From: a virus
Taxonomy: Duplodnaviria; Heunggongvirae; Uroviricota; Caudoviricetes
Length of the DNA: 64,000 nucleotides
Reading direction: 5' to 3' (one strand)
Virus record (IMG/VR): IMGVR_UViG_3300010218_000003
Coordinates: 2,124-66,123 of that record
The translations under genes were made by a program, and so were the position numbers. Shown here piece after piece: positions 45,106-53,291 of the stretch. The notes beneath the pieces are model-generated. The model made no database searches. It saw only the letters and a program-made list of their open reading frames with translations, and had not been told where the DNA came from. Numbering within the stretch: the first letter of the stretch is position 1; the number at the start of each line of letters is the position of its first letter.

Positions 45106-45279
45106 TCAGGCCCTTTGAACCATTTCATCACTCACACCATACAGCGGTGTTCCTTCTCTTTCAAGGATGACAATCTTGTGATCGCCGCCCACAAGAGTAA
45201 CCTTGCCATACTTGTTCTTGTAGGAACCACGAGTAACCTTTACCCGAGTCCCCACGGGAAATAGCTTTGAAAGAGCCAT
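45106..45279 (-). CDS. small KOW-like protein (57 aa)
   Basis: manual ORF MALSKLFPVGTRVKVTRGSYKNKYGKVTLV... Confidence 0.45.
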   Translation of the reverse strand: MALSKLFPVGTRVKVTRGSYKNKYGKVTLVGGDHKIVILEREGTPLYGVSDEMVQRA

Positions 45280-45305
45280 TTCGATCCCTTCGGTTGATTA
45301 CAAAG

Positions 45306-45379
45306 TACGCCTGGCAGGATTTGAACCCGCTTTCTCCAGTTTATAAGACTGGCGCATCAACCACATATGCTACAGGCGC
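45306..45379 (-). tRNA. tRNA-Ile (anticodon TAT, AUA-reading)
   Basis: acceptor GCGCCTG/CAGGCGT, D GCAT/ATGC, perfect stem CCAGT/ACTGG, loop CTTATAA, T-loop TTCAAAT. Confidence 0.8.
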
Positions 45380-45427
45380 TCGGTCCGAAGACCTTTAGCT
45401 ACAGCTTACAACGTGTCAGTCTGTCTG

Positions 45428-45643
45428 TCAACCGCTGACGCTGTTGAAGATACTGACGATGGCGTCCCATGCACCGTTGAACAGGTTAAAAACGCTGTCT
45501 ACGGTTTGCGGGAATAGCTTGGCGACAATGAGTCCACCGAGAATTCCCCAAATTAGATCTGGCCACTGCCTACCCTTCTTCTTCACTAGATAGAGAGTGA
45601 CCAGAACCCAAAGGAACACCGGGCCAACCATCAACATTTCCAT
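45428..45643 (-). CDS. small membrane protein
   Basis: 71 aa. Confidence 0.45.
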   Translation of the reverse strand: MEMLMVGPVFLWVLVTLYLVKKKGRQWPDLIWGILGGLIVAKLFPQTVDSVFNLFNGAWDAIVSIFNSVSG

Positions 45644-47454
45644 TACTGCTCCAGTTGCTTCTCGATGTTCTTCCTAAAGTAACCGGCAACCTTGTACTTA
45701 GAGCCTTCCCATACTCGGCTCTCCCGACCGGTGTTACCTAGAATCTCATGTAGCTGACGAGCTGTCAAGATGTGTCCGTAGCCTCGGAGTTCCTTGGTCA
45801 AGATGCTAGCTGGCAGCCAGTCATGTTCATCAAAGTTCTCAAAGATGTCCAGAACGTCTTCGAGCAGTCTTCTGTCTGTTACATCTGTGACTGTTATATC
45901 TAGATAGGTATCCTTATCTAGTTCAACAATCCCTTCACCGGCTCGTTCATCACCGATTTCAATTGCCTCTTCTGGATCAATTGGGAATGCCTTGTATAGA
46001 TATGGCTCTCTTGAGCCACCACCCATAATGTAGCACTTACCTGCGTCCTCTGGATCTTCTCCAGATGCAGGGTGAAGCTTATCTGGCCTCCAGCCTTGGC
46101 TGAGCGCTCCCTCTCCAAATACCAAAGGAACGTCGGCGTGACGTGAGGCGAACATTACCTTAATTGATACGGCGTCTGCAATAGCTGCTCCAAGCTGATC
46201 CTTGGTTGCCTGCTGTGCAGCTAGAATGACTGTGATTGCTGACTTTCTACCATTACGGATGATGTCAACAGCCAACTCCTTGCACTTCTTGTTTAGCTGA
46301 ATGAACTCGTCAATGAAGATTACTAGCGCTGGATGCTCTCTGGTTGGCTGCCAGTTATCACCCATACGTAGCTTGGTTAGCTTCTTTGCACGAATCTTAG
46401 TGTACTCCAGAGCCTCGGTTAGCATTTCTTCAATTTCAGCTTCTGTTCTACCTCTACGTGCAACGGCATCACCAAATACTTCAAGACCATTTCCACCGGG
46501 ATCAATGTCCCAAGTTACACAGTCACGACAGCTAGTAGTGATGTCTGCTAGTGTTCTCATGAACATAGACTTACCACCACCAGGCGCGGCGATAATGACT
46601 GCGTGATTTCTCAATAGAGACATCTCAAGGAACTGTCCGTCCATTCGCTGAGCAACCCTGTACTTGTTCTTAATTGAACGAGAAAGAGGCTCTACTCTTC
46701 CCTGTCCAGTCATATCAGCAAATGGGTCAGACTGCATAAGACGAATGATTACTTCGGCTCTGAAACGAGTGGCTGCTACAAGCATTCCATCAGCAGGAAG
46801 TCTCATCAAAGTTTCCATATCCTTGGTCTTAGCCATTACATCATCAGGCGTTCCCTTACGAAGAATGACTGGGAATTCCCAACCCCAATTGTATCGAGTT
46901 GGTTCAAGGATAGTCCTCGGTGTGATTCCTTCTGCTAGCAATGCTCTGCGAAGACACTCTGTTGCTTCTTCTCTATTACGAGCATCAGCAATTGGGAATG
47001 GAGCCATAGCGTCCTCTTCCTGATCTTCTGCTTCCTCACCAAAGATGTAAGTCTTGTTAGTTACTCCTACTATGGCAAAGAGGATCAAGAGGCTTACTGC
47101 CACCGCGCCAAACGTCACGGCTCCGAATGAACTAGTGAGCCATGCTGTGACGGCTAGAGAGGCCGCTACGCAAATGAAGAATCTCTTCCTGCGTGGTTGT
47201 GCGTGCGTCTGTTGTTCCATTCGCAGCTTGCGAGCCTTCTCATGATTGCCTTCGTGTCGAGCCTTAGCAATCTCAATCTTATAGTCTGCAACAGTCAACC
47301 AGTCAACGAGATTCTTCATACTTAGGCGTGCCCCTCCTGAGACATGCTTAAGCGCTCCCTGACTGGAAAGCCTAAAAGACCTAGAGCTAAGCTCTAGGTC
47401 TGAGTCAGGGATTTTCACAAGTTCTTTTGAATGCTTCTTGTCGAAATCCACCAT
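45643..47454 (-). CDS. P-loop DNA-translocase-like ATPase (FtsK/HerA/TraG superfamily) with N-terminal TM segment
   Basis: Walker A AAPGGGKSMFMRT, Walker B VIFIDEF; 603 aa. Confidence 0.65.
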   Translation of the reverse strand: MVDFDKKHSKELVKIPDSDLELSSRSFRLSSQGALKHVSGGARLSMKNLVDWLTVADYKIEIAKARHEGNHEKARKLRMEQQTHAQPRRKRFFICVAASLAVTAWLTSSFGAVTFGAVAVSLLILFAIVGVTNKTYIFGEEAEDQEEDAMAPFPIADARNREEATECLRRALLAEGITPRTILEPTRYNWGWEFPVILRKGTPDDVMAKTKDMETLMRLPADGMLVAATRFRAEVIIRLMQSDPFADMTGQGRVEPLSRSIKNKYRVAQRMDGQFLEMSLLRNHAVIIAAPGGGKSMFMRTLADITTSCRDCVTWDIDPGGNGLEVFGDAVARRGRTEAEIEEMLTEALEYTKIRAKKLTKLRMGDNWQPTREHPALVIFIDEFIQLNKKCKELAVDIIRNGRKSAITVILAAQQATKDQLGAAIADAVSIKVMFASRHADVPLVFGEGALSQGWRPDKLHPASGEDPEDAGKCYIMGGGSREPYLYKAFPIDPEEAIEIGDERAGEGIVELDKDTYLDITVTDVTDRRLLEDVLDIFENFDEHDWLPASILTKELRGYGHILTARQLHEILGNTGRESRVWEGSKYKVAGYFRKNIEKQLEQ

Positions 47455-47493
47455 GATTTAGTTTTTCTGCTATTGTCTCTCCAAGGAGACCAG

Positions 47494-47570
47494 TTGGGAC
47501 GGTGGGAGTTGAACCCACATGTGACCACTTAACCTTTCAACTGTTTATCAGACAGAGGGTATACGCCCCA
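47494..47570 (-). ncRNA. D-arm-less tRNA-like element (anticodon-like loop CTGATAA = GAT, 20-nt extra region)
   Basis: acceptor TGGGGCG/CGTCCCA, T-arm GTGGG-TTCAACT-CCCAC; no D-arm. Confidence 0.3.
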
Positions 47571-47579
47571 GTGGTGGGA

Positions 47580-48101
47580 TCATATCCACCGGCCGACCTC
47601 ATCAATTAGAGCGTCGAACACGGCATCATACTTTCCCGCGTCTCCGACAGATGCATTGATAATGATCTTATCCATTGCATCCAATCGAGGATTGAACTTT
47701 CCAAACTCCAAAGTGTGACCAAGGTTCAGCAGCAATCGCACTGCGTGCTTCTTCTGCTTTACTCCATCACCCTTAGCGAAGTTAAGGGCAGTTCTTACGT
47801 ACACATCCTTCATCTTGGCGCGGTTCACTCGATATTGAGTCCGGAATTCGTGGATCTTATCGATCTCAGCGACCGGCGTCCATAGCGCTTCAAGTGCTTG
47901 AGGTACGCAATCATCAACCATCTTCATAAATGTTGACATATCAACCGTCGTCTTGTCAACACCATTCGCAATGGTTTGCTTAATGTTTCGCTTACGCTTC
48001 GTGCGATTGGTTGCAATTACTTCGTAAATGTCCTTATCGCTGCCTGCGTGAGCGAGGCCATACAGATGGCTTCCGTGGATAGTCCTAAGAAGTACCGTCA
48101 T
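47580..48101 (-). CDS. nucleotidyltransferase-fold (Pol beta-like NTase) protein
   Basis: hGSxxYGxxxxxSDxDh motif: IHGSHLYGLAHAGSDKDIY. Confidence 0.55.
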   Translation of the reverse strand: MTVLLRTIHGSHLYGLAHAGSDKDIYEVIATNRTKRKRNIKQTIANGVDKTTVDMSTFMKMVDDCVPQALEALWTPVAEIDKIHEFRTQYRVNRAKMKDVYVRTALNFAKGDGVKQKKHAVRLLLNLGHTLEFGKFNPRLDAMDKIIINASVGDAGKYDAVFDALIDEVGRWI

Positions 48102-48194
48102 AATAAGTCCTTTAGGTATAAGGCGGGAACGGAGAGTGTGTAGTCCTTAATGTCATCCTACCACACACAATCTAAGATGACTTGTATCTACCGA

Positions 48195-48262
48195 GCGAAC
48201 CCAGCGATAGGAATCGAACCTATTATCCATTGAGTGATAACCGTTACCCATTCGACCCAAAT
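48195..48262 (-). ncRNA. tRNA-like element C: GGGTCGAATG core, GGGT-AACGGTTA-TCAC D-arm-like, T-arm ATAGG-TTCGATT-CCTAT, no anticodon arm
   Basis: immediately 3' of tRNA-Pro on minus strand. Confidence 0.35.
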
Positions 48263-48264
48263 TG

Positions 48265-48339
48265 TCGGGATGACAGGATTCGAACCTGCGACTTCACCGC
48301 CCCAAACGGCGCGCTCTGACCAAGCTGAGCTACATCCCG
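48265..48339 (-). tRNA. tRNA-Pro (anticodon TGG)
   Basis: acceptor CGGGATG/CATCCCG, D GCTC/GAGC, loop TTTGGGG. Confidence 0.85.
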
Positions 48340-48362
48340 ATAGACTGCTTTTGCAGTCCGAG

Positions 48363-48434
48363 TCTGGCACCCCGGAATCGAACCGGGTTTCTTACGCTTC
48401 CAAAGCGAATGGATTACCATCTTCCCCGTGCCAG
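48363..48434 (-). tRNA. tRNA-Pro-like (anticodon TGG), second copy, weaker D/anticodon stems
   Basis: acceptor CTGGCAC/GTGCCAG, loop TTTGGAA, T-arm CCCGG-TTCGATT-CCGGG. Confidence 0.65.
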
Positions 48435-48657
48435 ATAGCAGCGTTGTCGCTGCGTTGTACTTAATACTAACAGACCCCGTAGCGTCTGTCAAGCTGAACC
48501 TTTTGGCCTTCTGCGACTAGGTGCACATCCCAATCCATCAAGATTCTTGTGCTTGTTGCAGACCATTACAGTCTTGTTGTAGTACCTAATTCGATGAATT
48601 GGCTTGTTGCTGCATCGCTGAAACCAGCAGGTATCTCCTGGTCCAGACAGCGCCATC

Positions 48658-49104
48658 TCAATCCTTAGATAGTCCCTTAAGCTCCGCTAGCCTGTTCTCA
48701 AGATCCTTGATAGTGGCTTGAAGCTCTGCCTTCTTCTGTGCTCTGTACTTCTCTTCTACAGTATCGTTGACTGGAAGCACTTTGTCAAGGTCTGGGATGT
48801 CGTAGACGATCTTACCTTGTACCTTGACAACCTTACCGTTTCTTACCCAAGCCTTCCACAGATCACCGGGCTCCTCGCCTTCTCCACTTAGCGCAAAGAG
48901 GACGTTCGGCCAATCCTTTGACAGACTTGCCATGTCGCTTTCCCAGTCGTACCACTTCATCGTATCATAGTTGCCGTTGAGCAGTCTAGACAGATTCAGA
49001 TCGTAGCTTCCAGGGATGGTGACAGTATCAGCAGCGTTGATGAGATCCTTAGCTCTTTCACTGTCTCTTATGATCTCTAATTCAAATCGAGTGTAGTATC
49101 CCAT
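48658..49104 (-). CDS. hypothetical protein (start trimmed to MGYYTRF)
   Basis: ORF 48658..49170 trimmed to avoid HNH gene. Confidence 0.45.
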   Translation of the reverse strand: MGYYTRFELEIIRDSERAKDLINAADTVTIPGSYDLNLSRLLNGNYDTMKWYDWESDMASLSKDWPNVLFALSGEGEEPGDLWKAWVRNGKVVKVQGKIVYDIPDLDKVLPVNDTVEEKYRAQKKAELQATIKDLENRLAELKGLSKD

Positions 49105-49111
49105 ATTGCTC

Positions 49112-49498
49112 CTAAACTTCCTCAGCAAACTCACTCGGGAAGAGGAAGTATGCTTCCTTATAGTACCCAAATTGAGCAGACGTTCTCTTTGCGTGACAAT
49201 TGGCGCATAGAACTCTACACTTCTCTATCTCTTCTTTGATTCTTTCAATGGAGAGTCCGTCAGCAACCAGTCTGTTGATGTTTGCAGACTTGTCACTGGG
49301 ATCGAGATGATCAAATTCTAGGCATCTAATGTCTCCCTCGCCACATGGGCAAGAGTTATTTCTTAGATATCTAACTATAAAAAGTTGATTCCTGGCTACT
49401 CGCTGCATCTTTGAAGCAGCATACTTAGCTTTGTTGGCTTCGTAATACTTCTTCTTTGCAGCCTTAGCTCTTTCGTCATTTGGATCTGTATATGCCAT
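49112..49498 (-). CDS. HNH endonuclease
   Basis: CPCGE...EFDH...N...CANCH. Confidence 0.8.
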   Translation of the reverse strand: MAYTDPNDERAKAAKKKYYEANKAKYAASKMQRVARNQLFIVRYLRNNSCPCGEGDIRCLEFDHLDPSDKSANINRLVADGLSIERIKEEIEKCRVLCANCHAKRTSAQFGYYKEAYFLFPSEFAEEV

Positions 49499-49553
49499 AT
49501 GGCAATTGTAAAGGGATACAAACCTTATGTCAAGTTTTGTATCCCTTTATGAG

Positions 49554-49624
49554 CATGTCCTGTAGGAGTTGAACCCACGCTTGAAGGGTTGGAGCCTTCC
49601 GTGCTACCGTAACACTTAGGACAT
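49554..49624 (-). tRNA. tRNA-Trp (anticodon CCA)
   Basis: acceptor ATGTCCT/AGGACAT, D GTGT/GCAC, loop CTCCAAC, T-loop TTCAACT. Confidence 0.8.
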
Positions 49625-49855
49625 ATAGTTGCTTGGGCGTGACCCCTTTGAATTCAAACAATGGACGGCGTAAGCGCCTAACCCAGGGAGATCCATTGTT
49701 CTATTCTGGCCTGCAACTAGGCCACAAATTGTCGGTCCGAGGAGGTTTTACCCATCGCTTCCCGCATATTTCCCTTCGCCATTCCTCACTTTTACCATGG
49801 TTATTATGTGAGTTCCGGTTCCGTTATATCCGCCGATATCGTAAAGTCGGACCAG

Positions 49856-49927
49856 CTCCCCAACCTAGATTCGAACTAGGAATTACAGATTCAGAGTCTG
49901 TTGTGTTGCCAGTTACACCAAAGGGGA
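49856..49927 (-). tRNA. tRNA-Gln (anticodon CTG), acceptor with two U-U mismatches
   Basis: D GTGT/ACAC perfect, stem ACAGA/TCTGT perfect, loop CTCTGAA, T-arm CCTAG-TTCGAAT-CTAGG. Confidence 0.6.
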
Positions 49928-50059
49928 ATGTGTTACCCTGCCAGTTAAAGAGCCTGGCGCTCTCATAACATATCCGGGTCAGATACCGAGATGCATTCTA
50001 GACTACATCTCGCCGGTAGCATATCACAAAAGATGACAGAGGCGAATCCGGGTCTTTGG

Positions 50060-50130
50060 AGCGGATGAGGAGAATCGAACTCCCGTCGTCTGCTTGGAAG
50101 GCAGGGGTTTTACCATTAAACTACATCCGC
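50060..50130 (-). tRNA. tRNA-Gly (anticodon TCC)
   Basis: acceptor GCGGATG/CATCCGC, D GTTT/AAAC, loop CTTCCAA. Confidence 0.85.
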
Positions 50131-50140
50131 ATATGTGGAT

Positions 50141-50225
50141 AAGTGTTGGGAGTCGGGTGGCCAATTTAATGACCTTTCTATTTCCAATGTAAGATAACCG
50201 ACCGAGCCCTTCGACCCACATTTAC
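50141..50225 (-). ncRNA. element D of GGGTCGAA(G/T)G...CGGTTATC family (degenerate T-arm)
   Basis: immediately 5' of tRNA-Gly on minus strand; shares core with A, B, C. Confidence 0.3.
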
Positions 50226-50237
50226 TACTTTAGCAGC

Positions 50238-50858
50238 TTAGTCTTCGTCTGTCAAGCCAGAGGCTGTTGCCCTGTCCTGATCAGTAAATTCTGCTGCCTT
50301 ACCCTCACGGTAGTTGGTGACGTACATGTCCATGGTAGCACCCATGCCACGCACACCAGCAGGACTAGCCGCAAAGGTCAAACTTGAAGCTGTTGGAATA
50401 CCCATCTGAGCACCAGTTGCAATTGCATCCTGGTTAGCGGCAAGGAAGATGAACTCGTAGCCCAACTCCCTTGACTCGCTAATCAGCTTGTTAACTGTAT
50501 CTAGCTTCCACTCCTGAGAGACATTCTCAAGACCATCGGTGAGAATAACGACGAGTCGCTTATCCACCGGCATATGATCCATCGTCTGCCTGAATTCTGT
50601 CACAGACTTGCCGATTGCGTCAAGCAGTGCAGTCATTCCGCGAGGAACAATCTTAATCTCAGGAGCGTTTTCTAGAGCAACTGGACCAAATAGGTCTTCT
50701 ACTTCACCATCGAACTGAACGACCTTGATTCCACATCGTCCCTCAACAGCCTTCTGCTTGTCAAGGAAGTCATTCAGCGCTTGCTCCGCTTCCATCTGGA
50801 TACTAGACATGCTACCAGATCGATCAACGATGAGCAACATTGCTGTAGTAGTAGACAT
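50238..50858 (-). CDS. von Willebrand factor A (vWA) domain protein
   Basis: MIDAS DRSGSM; 206 aa. Confidence 0.75.
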   Translation of the reverse strand: MSTTTAMLLIVDRSGSMSSIQMEAEQALNDFLDKQKAVEGRCGIKVVQFDGEVEDLFGPVALENAPEIKIVPRGMTALLDAIGKSVTEFRQTMDHMPVDKRLVVILTDGLENVSQEWKLDTVNKLISESRELGYEFIFLAANQDAIATGAQMGIPTASSLTFAASPAGVRGMGATMDMYVTNYREGKAAEFTDQDRATASGLTDED

Positions 50859-50867
50859 TTAATCCTT

Positions 50868-51395
50868 TCACGCCGGGTCTATCCCCGGCTCACCGCCATT
50901 AAAGACGTACTTACTTGCTGGTTGTCTTTGAATGATACCAGACATGCAGCACCAGCACCACCAGATGCCTTCGTGCGTACACTCGTTTGGCTTCATCTTA
51001 GACCACTGAGGGTATGTTGGTGGCATAGGACCACTTCCACACTGCTCACACTCTTCATCTGGACCGAGCAGTCTACCAGACTGACAACGTTCACAAACTA
51101 CTGGGCGAGCTGCACGCTTAACAGCGCGATCAACCCTCTGCTTCTTTTGTACCACAGGAAGCGTACCGTCGTCAAGCGGGATCTTGTCTCCCTTGGCAGC
51201 GTTACACTTTTGGTGCATGAGAACTAGGTTAGTTAGCTCCCACGTTCCACCAGCACTCAATGGTAACCAGTGGTCAATAGTAGCAGGCTTCTCCTTAGTG
51301 AATGGTAACCCACAATCGGGGTGACGACATAGGTTACCATCACGCACTAGGAGAGTCTTGACAATTTCCTTACGGTTCTGCTTTAAAGCAGGCAT
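50868..51395 (-). CDS. HNH endonuclease
   Basis: CRHPDCG...DHWLP...N...HQKCN. Confidence 0.75.
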   Translation of the reverse strand: MPALKQNRKEIVKTLLVRDGNLCRHPDCGLPFTKEKPATIDHWLPLSAGGTWELTNLVLMHQKCNAAKGDKIPLDDGTLPVVQKKQRVDRAVKRAARPVVCERCQSGRLLGPDEECEQCGSGPMPPTYPQWSKMKPNECTHEGIWWCWCCMSGIIQRQPASKYVFNGGEPGIDPA

Positions 51396-51409
51396 GGCAT
51401 GACCTTCCT

Positions 51410-53233
51410 CTAGATAATTTCTAGCTTCGTGAGATATTCCTGAATGTCATCAGGCATCTCACGCCTCTCACGAGGAGCTATAATCACATTATCACGTTCT
51501 CGCTGACTGTCAACCTCTTCCTGACGAGCCTGAATCTCTGCACGTCGAAGAGTCTGATACGTCTGAACCTCAATAACAGCATTTTCTTCACGAGGCGTAT
51601 ATGTGATCGCATTATGCACCGCACCACAAGTTGCGTCAGCCAAGTCCTTTGATCCGGTTCTTGGGTGATCAACCTTGTCGTTCGGCATGATTCTCAACTG
51701 TAGCAGCTCTCTGCGAAGAACACCAGCATCAGGACCAATGAGTCTTTGATCATATACTACCCAGCTCAAGTCCTCGTAATGCTTCTTTGCTACAGACAAA
51801 ACCTCTGAATTGATTCCGACTCCTCGCAGATACTTCATCTGGTCATTAGAGTTCCATCGGTCAAAGGTTACAAGCCTTAGATCAAATCCTCTTCGCTTCA
51901 ATCCTACAATATACTCTCGGACATCAGCAAAGTCAATGTCTTGTCCTGGCTTTGGTGTCCACCATCTTACAGCATCAACTACGACGAAGGGAAGAACTTC
52001 GTTCAATTGTCCACCGATTTTCTTCTGGACAAACTTCTCCACATGTGCTAGCGCTACTGCACAACGGTCATGCTTCTGCGCAAGGTCAACATGGACATAG
52101 TATCGAACGCCTTCCTTCGCCACGAAATCAGGGCTGTATGTTCCATCTTCATCAATTGGATTTGGACGACAGAATGCCGCTTCAACCTTCTCCTTATCCT
52201 TGAAGAAGGCGTCAATTGCGTCAGGTGGCATACATGCAAATCGAGACAATGCATCAACAGGGTCAGTAAAGAAGGCTGTGGTAAAGTCCTCAATCTTACG
52301 TGTTGGATTTACTTCCCATGTAGGACGCTTCAATGCGTACACACGTGGGATATTGTAAGAAATGATGTGGTCTTCTTCCCACCTGATGCTGAACTTATTC
52401 TCTTCGATTTCATCTGGGAGATCAGGGTCAAGCTTGAAAGTATGACTTCTCTCAATCACCTGCTTTTCTGCAACGACTGCTTCGTATCTCTGTGAGATAA
52501 AGTCGTTCTTGAAACGAGGGAATGATAGAAGAACTACCTTACCTTCTGCTGGGAATCGAGAGTCCACTGATGCTCGATACATCTTATAGACAGCATCGGC
52601 AGTCTTGGCCTGTTCGTTACCTGATGTTGAGTCTAGTGCAAAACCAGAGATCTCGTCAAGGACGCAATAGATCAGGTTATAACCCTCCCAGGCTTCACGC
52701 TCTGAGTGGCCTGAGTACACGTTCACGTTTTTATCAAATGCGATGTGGCCAGCCTTAGTCGTGAACTTTCCTACAAACCAGGGAGAGCCATCGATACGGC
52801 TCTTGAAGCCCTTGAAGAAGACGTTGTTGGCCTGTGCTGCGTTGATAGCAATATTTAGAATGTCAATGGAGTCTCCAGCAGGCTTGCCGAAATACTTAGC
52901 TGGATTACGTAGACATAGCAAAAGGTACACGATATATGCACAGGCGATAGTTGACGTGAAGTCCTTACCGCTACCCTTACCAAGACAGGCAATGACTTCG
53001 TTACAAGTCTCCTGCCATCTCTGCCGGGCCTTATGCACCTCGTAAATGTTGTAAAGAGTGCTCTCCTTATAGATCTGACTGGAGGCACGAATTAGCTGAT
53101 ACTGATATTCGGACAGATGAGGCATTCCCAAGTAGTCGGGACTCTGAACGAAAGTCTCAATATCAACGGGAATCTCTTCAAAGTCCTCGTCAGAGAGAGC
53201 GTTGAAAAACTCAGTAAAGTCTGTTGACATCAA
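51410..53233 (-). CDS. terL: terminase large subunit
   Basis: 607 aa; ATPase N-domain and nuclease C-domain organisation; adjacent to small-subunit-like HTH protein. Confidence 0.65.
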   Translation of the reverse strand: MMSTDFTEFFNALSDEDFEEIPVDIETFVQSPDYLGMPHLSEYQYQLIRASSQIYKESTLYNIYEVHKARQRWQETCNEVIACLGKGSGKDFTSTIACAYIVYLLLCLRNPAKYFGKPAGDSIDILNIAINAAQANNVFFKGFKSRIDGSPWFVGKFTTKAGHIAFDKNVNVYSGHSEREAWEGYNLIYCVLDEISGFALDSTSGNEQAKTADAVYKMYRASVDSRFPAEGKVVLLSFPRFKNDFISQRYEAVVAEKQVIERSHTFKLDPDLPDEIEENKFSIRWEEDHIISYNIPRVYALKRPTWEVNPTRKIEDFTTAFFTDPVDALSRFACMPPDAIDAFFKDKEKVEAAFCRPNPIDEDGTYSPDFVAKEGVRYYVHVDLAQKHDRCAVALAHVEKFVQKKIGGQLNEVLPFVVVDAVRWWTPKPGQDIDFADVREYIVGLKRRGFDLRLVTFDRWNSNDQMKYLRGVGINSEVLSVAKKHYEDLSWVVYDQRLIGPDAGVLRRELLQLRIMPNDKVDHPRTGSKDLADATCGAVHNAITYTPREENAVIEVQTYQTLRRAEIQARQEEVDSQRERDNVIIAPRERREMPDDIQEYLTKLEII

Positions 53234-53291
53234 AAAATCCTATATCCTTTCATATGGAATAGTATATCATGAAAGGATATAGGATTATTGA

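Noticed and set aside
49625-50059. tmRNA candidate between tRNA-Trp and tRNA-Gly (T-arm CCTAG-TTCGAAT-CTAGG)
   Set aside because: The T-arm belongs to a foldable tRNA-Gln(CTG). No GGGG 5' end, tag reading frame or pseudoknot series was evident.
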